Positions 1 to 7,520 of a stretch of 32,000 nucleotides of DNA are shown in pieces. Numbering within the stretch: position 1 is the stretch's first letter; every line of letters starts with the position of its first letter. The notes under the pieces were generated by a model. It was not told where the DNA came from and searched no databases. It saw only the letters and a program-made list of their open reading frames with translations. A program made the position numbers and the translations under genes. Source of the DNA: Candidatus Lokiarchaeum ossiferum (lineage in GTDB: Archaea > Asgardarchaeota > Lokiarchaeia > Sigyniarchaeales > Promethearchaeaceae); the NCBI GenBank assembly GCA_025839675.1, contig CP104013.1, forward strand, positions 4,830,001-4,862,000, read 5' to 3'.

Positions 1-67
1 TGAAATTATTTTTTAGATATGTAGAATTACATTCTTTAGAAATTATCTTTTTAAAATAGGAACGAAA

Positions 68-1030
68 ATGTCCAATTTAGAAAAACCTACTAAACGGTTG
101 GAGCGTTATAAAATCTTATGGGAAATCAGCGAAGCTTCACCGATCATCCGCCGATATTTTGCTATGAACTTCTTTGATGGTGTTTTAACTGCATTAGGGA
201 TTGTCCTTGGTAGTTTTGTCATTTTTTTAGATAATAATGAAGCTACATCAACTCCAATTAATGGATTTGTATTTTTCACTGGGTTAACCACTGCTATCGC
301 AATTGGGATTTCTGGTCTCACGGGAAGTCATCTTGCAGAATCTGCAGAACGCAAGTTAAATGTAATAGAAATGAAAAAAGTACTTGGGTTGGTTGATCAT
401 CACGGAAATGAGAGAACTGATGATTTAGATCGTCCAAAATGGACAGAACGTGATATAAGGTTGGCTTTGGGTAAATTCGAGAATATTAATGCACCTGTTT
501 CTCGAAAAAGAGCCAAGAAATCAAGCCTCCATTTGGGATTAACACCTGAGCAAGCAAAAAAATTAAATTTAAATTTAGACGGGTCTCCCAAAGTCGTGGA
601 TACAAAAAAACCTCCCTTAGTTCAACCAACTCCTAAAAAACAAAAAAACCTCCAAAGTCCAACCAGCGAAGAGCAACCAAGAAAGAAAAAGAAGAAGGTT
701 GAAAAAGAAGAAACTATTTTCGAGGCTGCGCAGGAATTTGCCAGTAAAGTTGCTGCGGCTGTGGATGGGCTTAGTCCTTTCGCAGGTGTTGTGGTTGTAG
801 TGATTCCTTTTCTCTTTGCTGGGTGGGATTCTACAGTTGGGTGGGCTTCCTTCATAATTTCGTTCATATTGACAGTAGTTGTGTTATTTTTCTTGGGAAG
901 ATATTTAGCCATTTTAAGTCGAGAATCTGTTATAAAATATGGTGCTCAGATGGTTTTTGCTGCCTTATTGACTGCATTATTGACTCTTGGATTAAATCAA
1001 ATTGTCCAAGGCTTAAATCGTGTCGTCTAA
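68..1030 (+). CDS. VIT1/CCC1-like 5-TM membrane protein with Lys/Pro-rich cytoplasmic loop
   Basis: 320-aa ORF. Hydrophobic helices are arranged 2+3 around a ~140-aa polar loop. FFDGVLTALGIVLG and GISGLTGSHLAESAERK resemble the VIT1/CCC1 TM1-TM2 signatures, and the C-terminal GLSPFAGVVVVVIPFLF fits the same family. Motifs are recalled, not searched. Confidence 0.5.
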   Translation: MSNLEKPTKRLERYKILWEISEASPIIRRYFAMNFFDGVLTALGIVLGSFVIFLDNNEATSTPINGFVFFTGLTTAIAIGISGLTGSHLAESAERKLNVIEMKKVLGLVDHHGNERTDDLDRPKWTERDIRLALGKFENINAPVSRKRAKKSSLHLGLTPEQAKKLNLNLDGSPKVVDTKKPPLVQPTPKKQKNLQSPTSEEQPRKKKKKVEKEETIFEAAQEFASKVAAAVDGLSPFAGVVVVVIPFLFAGWDSTVGWASFIISFILTVVVLFFLGRYLAILSRESVIKYGAQMVFAALLTALLTLGLNQIVQGLNRVV

Positions 1031-1139
1031 AATTTCCATTATTCTCCCAAAATTTTTTTACCCGTTTTATTTTCTCAACTATCTTAATATCCTAGAAATT
1101 TTTAGGTCGAGAGGTCTATGAACTACTTGGTGAGATTAA

Positions 1140-1772
1140 TTGGATAAAATTGAGCGAACGGTTTTTGCTAACCTCGAGGCCCAGAGCAAGTTAGTGAGTA
1201 AAACTTTCAAAGAAATGGGCATTTGCATTAATGCATACTTAGAAGGAAATGAAGATGTGCAAAATAGCAGCATTACAAAGATTCGCAGCTATGAAAAAGA
1301 TGCGAGTAAAATTCGAAGGAAAAATTTAGAAGTTGTAGCTCAAACCGTGAGTATTTACCGTAGTGATCTGCTTCGATTGGTAATGAAAATGGCAGATGTA
1401 ATGGCAAATCAAGCAGGTGCTTCAGTACGCCTTGGCAAAGTAAGATACACCCCCCGTTCTGATGATGAAATGGTTCTCAAGTTTAAAACTTTAATTGATG
1501 TTTTCATTAAAATGGGGGAAGAGCTTAGAAATCTAATGTCCAAACTTGGAGAAGATATGGAAAAAGCCCATCATGCTTGCGATAGAGTGGATGAAGTAGA
1601 AGAACAAGTTGATGAAATTTATCGGGATTTACATGGTCATTTGTATAATAGAGAAGATATTCCATTGCGAATTATAATGCAGTTATTAAGTGTTGCAAAG
1701 CATGTTGAGGAAGCTTGTGATCATTGTGCAAGCGTGGCGGATTCTGTCAGAATTATTTTAGTGACGCACTGA
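1140..1772 (+). CDS. DUF47 / PhoU-like helical protein (TIGR00153-type)
   Basis: 210-aa all-helical ORF with a TTG start 6 nt after GGTGAG (1129-1134). Length, N-terminus and the C-terminal HVEEACDHCASVADSVRIILV resemble the DUF47 family (PhoU-related). Confidence 0.6.
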   Translation: MDKIERTVFANLEAQSKLVSKTFKEMGICINAYLEGNEDVQNSSITKIRSYEKDASKIRRKNLEVVAQTVSIYRSDLLRLVMKMADVMANQAGASVRLGKVRYTPRSDDEMVLKFKTLIDVFIKMGEELRNLMSKLGEDMEKAHHACDRVDEVEEQVDEIYRDLHGHLYNREDIPLRIIMQLLSVAKHVEEACDHCASVADSVRIILVTH

Positions 1773-1794
1773 TTTTAATGAATATTGGTAAACC

Positions 1795-1802
1795 TTTTTT
1801 TT
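1795..1802 (+). terminator. Oligo-T tract (T8) downstream of the DUF47 gene
   Basis: A run of 8 T lies 23 nt after the stop codon. Archaeal RNA polymerase terminates at oligo-T tracts. Confidence 0.35.
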
Positions 1803-1890
1803 ATGTGAGTTAAAAAGATCAATTAAGCTTTTACCTTTGAAAAAATTAAGTTGCTCAGATTAAAAAAACACGAGATTAATTGAATTTACT

Positions 1891-1910
1891 TATGTATAAC
1901 TATTTTAAAA
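1891..1910 (+). promoter_or_regulatory. TATA-like boxes upstream of the histidine kinase gene
   Basis: tatgtataac-tattttaaaa lies 32-51 nt upstream of the GTG start at 1942, and GGAG is present at 1928-1931. The call rests on position only. Confidence 0.3.
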
Positions 1911-1941
1911 GGGTTTTTTATGAAGATGGAGCACACTTGAA

Positions 1942-3864
1942 GTGACGTTCATAGTAAGGATATTAATCCTTGAAGATCGAGAAGATGATTACGTATTAAT
2001 TAAAAGAACTCTTGGACAAAGCATTCATGAAACTGTTATCAAATGGGTTAAAACTAGAAGTGAGTTTGTTGAAGCGCTCCAACACAATTCTTGGGATGTA
2101 ATTTTATCCGATTTTGACCTTGGAACTTTTACAGGGCTGGATGCCTTCAATTTATTGAAACAAACTCGCAAAGATGTACCCTTCATTCTAATTTCAGGTG
2201 CAATTGGAGAAGAATATGCTGTAAATGCAATGAGGGCTGGTGTGAGTGATTATATTTTAAAGGGAGATCTTACGCGTCTCAATCCTGCTTTAGAACGTGA
2301 ATTGGAAGATGCAATTATTCGAAAAGAACAAGTTGTTTCAGAAAATAAATTTCAAGAATCTCAATTAGAACTTACCCAGATTTTTAATTCTGTGGGTCCG
2401 ATGAGTGTTATCTCCCTAGATTATAAATTTAAGATGGTTAATGATTCTTTTTGTAATTTTTACGGATATAATCGGGATGAAATCATGAAATTGGATTATT
2501 TTACGATTATGAAAGTTCCCTTTGATGAAGATAATGGGTGTCCAATTAAGGAAGTTTTGAAAACAAAGAATACTGTTGACCGGGAGTACACTTTCATATC
2601 ACGAACAAACGAGATATTCCACTGTTTATTATCTTACTCGCCTTTTATTGATTCAAGGAATACGATCATTGGTTGTGTGGTTACAATAACTGATGTGTCT
2701 CAAATTCGTTCTCTGGAAAATCAATTGTTACAATCCCAAAAGATGGAAGCCTTGGGGAGGTTTGCAGGTGGGATTGCTCACGACTTTAATAACATTATGA
2801 CTGTTATATTGGGTTTTAGTCAAATGATTTCATCTTCTTTAAGTGATTCTGATTCGAATAAAGAATATATTGATGAAATTCTCGGAGCGGCAAATCGAGC
2901 GGGGGCTTTAACTGAACAGATTCTGTCTTTCAGTCGTAAAAAGAAACTCACGGAACAATCCATTGACTTAATCCAGTTTATCCAAGATCTAGAAAAAATC
3001 CTACAGCGAATGATTGGAGAAGATATTGAATTAAATACCGTTTTTAGTTGTGATAGTGCTCCAATTTTTGCAAATCCCACTCAAATTGAACAAGTTATTT
3101 TGAATTTAGCCACAAATGCACGCGATGCTATGCCTGAAGGAGGGAAGTTTACTCTAAAGATAGACATTATTGATTTTTCAATTGAAAATAAAAAAAATCA
3201 TTTCAAGTTACCACCTCAAAAATACATTCATTTGCAAGCATCGGATACGGGGTGTGGAATTAAGAATGAATTAAAAAATCGTATCTTTGAGCCATTTTTT
3301 ACCACAAAAGAACGTGGAAAAGGTACTGGGCTAGGATTATCAACAGTTTATGGAATTATTAAGCAAGTTAAGGGAGTAATTGATGTTTTTAGCGAAGAAT
3401 CTATGGGAACAACTTTCCACATCTATATTCCTTATTCATTAAAAAAAATCTCTTCGAATCCTACCAAATTAGTATATAGGGATCAATTGAATGGAAATGA
3501 ATCTATTTTACTCGTTGAAGATGAAAGTTCCGTTCAAAATTTTACTAAAAAAATTTTAGAAAAACATGGTTATGAAGTAACATCTGCGGAAAATGGTATT
3601 GAAGCATTAAAGATCATTGAAGATTTAAAAAATCCATTCGATCTTATCCTAAGTGATATTATTATGCCAAAAATGGGGGGAATGAAATTGTTTGAAAAGT
3701 TAGCAATAGAAAAGAAAAATGGTCTAAAATTCCTATTTATGTCTGGATATGATTTGAAAACATCCTTTTTGGCCGATCAAAGAATTAATGAAAAATTTTT
3801 CTTACAAAAACCGTTCACTTCGCATGAACTACTTGTAAAAATGAGGAAAATTTTAGACAATTAA
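1942..3864 (+). CDS. Hybrid sensor histidine kinase (REC-PAS-HisKA-HATPase_c-REC)
   Basis: N-terminal receiver (ILILEDREDD...VILSDFDL...YILKGD). PAS-like segment around res 140-265. H-box GGIAHDFNN with the His codon at 2779-2781. N box NLATNARDAM, G1 DTGCGI, F box FEPFFTTK, G2 GTGLGLS. C-terminal receiver (ILLVEDE...LILSDIIMPKMGG...LQKPF). Confidence 0.92.
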   Translation: MTFIVRILILEDREDDYVLIKRTLGQSIHETVIKWVKTRSEFVEALQHNSWDVILSDFDLGTFTGLDAFNLLKQTRKDVPFILISGAIGEEYAVNAMRAGVSDYILKGDLTRLNPALERELEDAIIRKEQVVSENKFQESQLELTQIFNSVGPMSVISLDYKFKMVNDSFCNFYGYNRDEIMKLDYFTIMKVPFDEDNGCPIKEVLKTKNTVDREYTFISRTNEIFHCLLSYSPFIDSRNTIIGCVVTITDVSQIRSLENQLLQSQKMEALGRFAGGIAHDFNNIMTVILGFSQMISSSLSDSDSNKEYIDEILGAANRAGALTEQILSFSRKKKLTEQSIDLIQFIQDLEKILQRMIGEDIELNTVFSCDSAPIFANPTQIEQVILNLATNARDAMPEGGKFTLKIDIIDFSIENKKNHFKLPPQKYIHLQASDTGCGIKNELKNRIFEPFFTTKERGKGTGLGLSTVYGIIKQVKGVIDVFSEESMGTTFHIYIPYSLKKISSNPTKLVYRDQLNGNESILLVEDESSVQNFTKKILEKHGYEVTSAENGIEALKIIEDLKNPFDLILSDIIMPKMGGMKLFEKLAIEKKNGLKFLFMSGYDLKTSFLADQRINEKFFLQKPFTSHELLVKMRKILDN

Positions 3865-3882
3865 AGCAAATTTATTAATTTC

Positions 3883-4101
3883 CTATCTTAATTTGTCAAG
3901 TTTTTTCAAGATTTTTACATCTTTTTTGAATTCTTTTTTTTGAGATTTAAGTAATTTTATGAAATTCTTCAGATTATCTCTGTAGTCATTCAGAAGGGTA
4001 ATATCTTGTTGTAACGGCGTAAAACGGGTAATATATGATCCTATTACTATAGATTGTGCCATAAATTCATCAATTTTTTCAACGAATTTGTAGTGATTCA
4101 A
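3883..4101 (-). CDS. Small hypothetical protein (questionable)
   Basis: 72-aa ORF with a TTG start (ATG alternative 13 codons in). Its Lys-rich C-terminus is the reverse complement of the oligo-T tracts that follow the kinase gene, so it may be a shadow of a terminator region. Confidence 0.2.
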   Translation of the reverse strand: MNHYKFVEKIDEFMAQSIVIGSYITRFTPLQQDITLLNDYRDNLKNFIKLLKSQKKEFKKDVKILKKLDKLR

Positions 4102-4407
4102 TTTCTGCTGAATTATATTCGTTCGTTTTTTCTTCCCAAATTTTTCCGTGAGCCCGTAGAAGTAATGATGAAATATATAAATCTCCTCCTATTTTTTTAT
4201 TGAAATTTACAAAAATGTAAGAAAAACACGTAATAATAAATCTATTTCTTCTATGAGAAGATTTTTGATTTAATGATATAAACTTAAATTATTTCATATT
4301 TTTTCAAAATTAAATCACATCCAGTTATTTGAAATACCTATTTCATAGATTCCGTAAACTTTTAACACTATGGAGTTTTCATTGTTAATAGGAAATATCA
4401 TTTTAAA
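4102..4407 (+). promoter_or_regulatory. 306-nt non-coding leader/promoter region of the ATP synthase operon
   Basis: No credible ORF on either strand. Several A/T boxes are present (cttaaattattt 4283-4294, caaaattaaatc about 4304-4316). No specific TSS can be assigned from sequence. Confidence 0.3.
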
Positions 4408-4812
4408 TTGTATTTTTTAAATGATCTTTCAGAAGGTGTAGTATTTACGCGTGCCAAACAAAAATTTTATACACTTCTTGTGCTTTTTCAATTCATTTTA
4501 GCCATTACTGTTTATTTTTCAGTTAATGCAATTTTAGCTGTTGCACAAGAAGGGACTACTGAAGTTGTTAACCCTTCCACTAATGAATATGATGTTGGGA
4601 TGTGGTTAGCCCTATCTGCTGCTATTGCTGTTGGATTGTCTGGATTAGGAGCGGGATATGCAATTAAAACGACTGGAACTGCTGCCATCAGTGTGTTGGC
4701 TGAACGGCCTGAAGAATTTATGAAAGGATTTTTAGTGGTTGCTCTTGGTGAAGCCTTGGCAATATATGGACTTATCGTAGCCATTTTATTGTGGAATAAA
4801 ATTCCAAACTAG
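4408..4812 (+). CDS. atpK: A-type ATP synthase subunit K (c/proteolipid), single hairpin with signal-like N-terminal extension
   Basis: The C-terminal 70 aa, MWLALSAAIAVGLSGLGAGYAIKTTGTAAISVLAERPEEFMKGFLVVALGEALAIYGLIVAILLW, form a typical Gly-rich helix, an AE(R/D)P loop and a carboxylate helix. The upstream 64 codons are stop-free in AT-rich DNA and encode a basic n-region plus a hydrophobic helix ending AVAQEG. The start is TTG 4408; GTG 4480 and ATG 4600 are alternatives. Confidence 0.85.
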   Translation: MYFLNDLSEGVVFTRAKQKFYTLLVLFQFILAITVYFSVNAILAVAQEGTTEVVNPSTNEYDVGMWLALSAAIAVGLSGLGAGYAIKTTGTAAISVLAERPEEFMKGFLVVALGEALAIYGLIVAILLWNKIPN

Positions 4813-4844
4813 ATAAAAAACAATTCAATCAATTCATAATAGAA

Positions 4845-4857
4845 TTTTATTTTTTTT
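4845..4857 (+). terminator. T4-A-T8 tract between atpK and atpC (possible partial terminator/attenuator)
   Basis: ttttatttttttt sits in the 102-nt atpK-atpC spacer, the only sizeable gap inside the operon. Confidence 0.3.
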
Positions 4858-4914
4858 GATAATAATCAAACGAGTATTTAAGAAGAGTAACTTCGCTTTG
4901 AAGCCGGAGATTAT

Positions 4915-5958
4915 ATGAAAGTAACTATTGATGATTATGGATTTATTTTTGTCCGTTTATCTGTTATTAAATCTTTACTAATGTCTGAAGATGACCTGAG
5001 TAAATTGGCTTCAATAGGAGATCTTGAATCTTTAGGTATATACACTAAAAGATTTTTTCCCAGTTTTTCTCCTGAAGAAAATACAGTTTGGGAATATGAG
5101 TGGACCTTGTGGAATACATATTTTGCAATATTAGAAAAAATATTAATCGCTGCCCCTCATCCAATTCAAATTTTCCTAAAATCTTTATTAGTGAAATATG
5201 AAATTTTAAATCTAAAAATATGTATCTATGGAGTTATTGAACAAACATCACTTGAAGATCGATATCATCGAGTTTTTGATCGTCCTTCAAAAATTTTAGA
5301 GAGATATGATTTTTTGAAACGCTTATTGATAATGAAAAATTTTGAAGATCTCATTAAAGCTGTTCATTCTACACCATATCGAAAAATTGTTGAAGAAGGT
5401 GTCCAAAAATTTAAGGAATCTGGAGACATTTTTTATCTTGAACATAGTCTTGATAAGTTCTATTATACTAACATGATTGAAAAGAGCAGATTTTTCCCCC
5501 ACCGAGAAAAGAATTTTATAGAAGGATTTATCCGAGCTGAAATTGATTACAATTCGTTAAATCTTATCTATCGCGCTCTTTTTAATGGAATTTCATTAGA
5601 ATTAATTAAACCCTACGTTATTTCAAATGGGCTGCTTTTTAAGCATAATGAAATTAAAATTCTGATAACTTCTTCATCAATTCATGATTTTATAATTAAA
5701 TTGAAACGAATTTTGAAAAAACAGAAAGACTTTGCAATAATTCCTGAAAAACTGAGTGATCCTAATCCAGATGTGTGGTCATGGTTGTCTGAATTCTTCT
5801 TGAATAAATATCTTGAACGTTTTCAGACTTCAATTGTTGATGATATTCCTCTCATATCTATTTCATTAATTTTCAAGTTACTATTATTAAAACAAAATGA
5901 AATCAAAAGAATTTCTGCTCGGGCAATTCAAATCTCTCTCGCTGAAGAGAAATATTAA
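4915..5958 (+). CDS. atpC: A-type ATP synthase subunit C (eukaryotic V-ATPase d homologue)
   Basis: 347 aa, all-helical. The N-terminal YGFIFVRLSVIKSLLMSEDDLSKL matches the Y.Y...R.R..KS.LL start of subunit C. GGAG lies 6 nt before the ATG. Operon context supports the call. Confidence 0.8.
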   Translation: MKVTIDDYGFIFVRLSVIKSLLMSEDDLSKLASIGDLESLGIYTKRFFPSFSPEENTVWEYEWTLWNTYFAILEKILIAAPHPIQIFLKSLLVKYEILNLKICIYGVIEQTSLEDRYHRVFDRPSKILERYDFLKRLLIMKNFEDLIKAVHSTPYRKIVEEGVQKFKESGDIFYLEHSLDKFYYTNMIEKSRFFPHREKNFIEGFIRAEIDYNSLNLIYRALFNGISLELIKPYVISNGLLFKHNEIKILITSSSIHDFIIKLKRILKKQKDFAIIPEKLSDPNPDVWSWLSEFFLNKYLERFQTSIVDDIPLISISLIFKLLLLKQNEIKRISARAIQISLAEEKY

Positions 5959-5976
5959 ATTTATAGGTGATATGTT

Positions 5977-6489
5977 ATGCCAAAAAAGCTAAAAAAGAAA
6001 GATAAATCAAAATCTCCTTCAAAAAACTTAGATGATCCTACTGAAACATTTTCAAAAACGATTCTAGTAAAAGACCAAAATTTTGAAAATTTATCCTCGG
6101 AAGATGATTACAGCTGTAGGGATATTTCACCAGAACATTGTGCAGAATTAAGAAATCGGGGATTTACCAATCGTAAAGAAGATCTCTTTCTTGAAGTTCG
6201 TTCCCTCGAAGAACGCTATAAATATAAGATTAGTGTCGAAAAAGAATTATGGTCGGATAAGGTTTCCAAAGAAAGAGAAAAAAACTCTATTTTATATAAA
6301 AATGCTTTATTGAATAAGGAGAAACAATTGAAGTTTGAAATCGAAGAGTTGAAACTGGAAATGGAGAAAAATATTCATGCTTTGGAGACTCAAGAACAAA
6401 TGATTCTTTCCCAGATCGACATGGTCTATAAAATTAATAAGGACAAAATAATCAATGATTTCTTTGAAATCATCGGTTTAAATTTTTAA
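5977..6489 (+). CDS. Coiled-coil protein in the ATPase operon; candidate peripheral-stalk subunit H (G-like) with Lys-rich N-terminal extension
   Basis: 170 aa. AGGTGA lies 8 nt upstream. The C-terminal ~100 aa are heptad-like (EKQLKFEIEELKLEMEKNIHALETQEQMILSQ). No recognisable family motif; the call rests on position and coiled-coil character. Confidence 0.4.
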   Translation: MPKKLKKKDKSKSPSKNLDDPTETFSKTILVKDQNFENLSSEDDYSCRDISPEHCAELRNRGFTNRKEDLFLEVRSLEERYKYKISVEKELWSDKVSKEREKNSILYKNALLNKEKQLKFEIEELKLEMEKNIHALETQEQMILSQIDMVYKINKDKIINDFFEIIGLNF

Positions 6490-6517
6490 ATTGTAAAATG
6501 AAATGGGGTAGAATAAA

Positions 6518-6832
6518 CTGAAAATAATTTGCGTTTCTGATGATGATACAAACATTCTATTTCGATTGATAGGCATAAAAAGTTTTGAAATTTCATCTAA
6601 TAATTCTGAGATCTTTCAAGAAGAATTTGATAAAATTTTAGAGGATCAAGACATCGGTTTAGTATTATTAAATGAAAAATATTTGATGCGCCAACGAGAT
6701 TATTTTAGGCGATTAAAATTGCGCAAATACCCCATAATTATCGAAATTCCGGATATGAAGGCTCCTTTGAAAGAATCCTATTTCCGGCATTTAATAGAGA
6801 AGTATTTGGGATTAACATTAAAGGAAGGATAG
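6518..6832 (+). CDS. atpF: A-type ATP synthase subunit F
   Basis: KIICVSDDDTNILFRLIGIKSFEI...DIGLVLLNEKY matches the subunit F N-terminal strand-helix (compare ..AVIGD.D...GFRLAGI). The first canonical start in frame is TTG 6566, which would delete this conserved strand. The frame opens at 6512, and GGGGTA (6505-6510) lies 7 nt before CTG 6518. The start coordinate is uncertain within 6518-6527. Confidence 0.75.
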   Translation: MKIICVSDDDTNILFRLIGIKSFEISSNNSEIFQEEFDKILEDQDIGLVLLNEKYLMRQRDYFRRLKLRKYPIIIEIPDMKAPLKESYFRHLIEKYLGLTLKEG

Positions 6833-6833
6833 T

Positions 6834-7520
6834 ATGTCATTAAGAGAAGATTTTAGAGATATTGGCTATGAAATGGCTCGTATGGTAACTAAAGAAGTGG
6901 AAATGATTCAAAAGAAAGCTCTAAGTGCAATAGATTTCATCAAGGAAGAAACAAAAAAAAAACTTGAGAAAGATCTAATAAAATTAGAAGCTGAATTAAT
7001 CAATCGAAGCTTACAAAAATTAAATATAAATGAAACAGAACGTGTAGCTGAAATCAATCAAGCCATAGCAAACAAGAAAAATGAATGTATTGAGAACTTC
7101 ATAATTTTTTTTAAAGAACAAACTCAATTAAGAATAAAAAAAAATAGTCAAAAATATTCGATGTTTATTATGTCAAAAATTATGGAATTTCTCCCATTAA
7201 TTGATCGCCCTGTGAAAGTTCAATTCAACACCCGAGACTTACAATATATTAAAGAAAACACTTTTTTCAATCCAATTCCCGAGAAACAGAATTTATTGAG
7301 GTTGGATGAACGTCCTCTTGATGTTGCATGTGGATTTAAAATTGTGTCAGAGGATAAGGCCTTTACTATCGATTATACATTGGAATCCCTAATAGAAAAA
7401 TATAAACAAGAATTATCTCTACGGTTTATGAAGATCTTCCCTATATTTGAAATTAAAGTAAAAAATGCAATGGAAATAGATATGCAACAACATGGAGGTG
7501 CAAAAAGACATGAGAGATGA
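6834..7520 (+). CDS. atpE: A-type ATP synthase subunit E (peripheral stalk)
   Basis: 228 aa. Long N-terminal helix, then the C-terminal globular motif CGFKIVSEDKAFTIDYTLESLIEKYKQEL, which matches the GG..V.S.DG.I..D.TFE..LE signature of subunit E. AGGAAGGA lies upstream of the ATG. Confidence 0.8.
   Translation: MSLREDFRDIGYEMARMVTKEVEMIQKKALSAIDFIKEETKKKLEKDLIKLEAELINRSLQKLNINETERVAEINQAIANKKNECIENFIIFFKEQTQLRIKKNSQKYSMFIMSKIMEFLPLIDRPVKVQFNTRDLQYIKENTFFNPIPEKQNLLRLDERPLDVACGFKIVSEDKAFTIDYTLESLIEKYKQELSLRFMKIFPIFEIKVKNAMEIDMQQHGGAKRHER
7494..7500 (+). promoter_or_regulatory. Shine-Dalgarno GGAGGTG for atpA
   Basis: A perfect GGAGGTG lies 9 nt upstream of ATG 7510, inside the atpE 3' end. 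Confidence 0.6.

Noticed and set aside
106-1095. ORFs 106-321(-), 400-591(-), 622-912(-) and 823-1095(+), which overlap the VIT1-like gene.
   Set aside because: They are shadow or alternate-frame ORFs. 622-912 is poly-Phe/Thr, produced by the reverse complement of the Lys-rich coding tract.
4164-4170. ATGATGA, a C-box-like motif suggesting a C/D-box sRNA in the ATPase upstream region.
   Set aside because: No CTGA D box or C'/D' pair lies within the next ~90 nt on the same strand.
6503-6511. TAG read-through or pyrrolysine recoding as the explanation for ATG-GGG-TAG in frame with the atpF N-terminus.
   Set aside because: TAG ends atpK (4810-4812), atpF itself (6830-6832) and the CN-hydrolase (15442-15444) at family-typical C-termini. 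No pyl genes were seen. A near-cognate start or reinitiation is more parsimonious.
7492-7509. ATG 7492 as the atpA start.
   Set aside because: That ATG is embedded in the GGAGGTG Shine-Dalgarno sequence, which is correctly spaced for ATG 7510.
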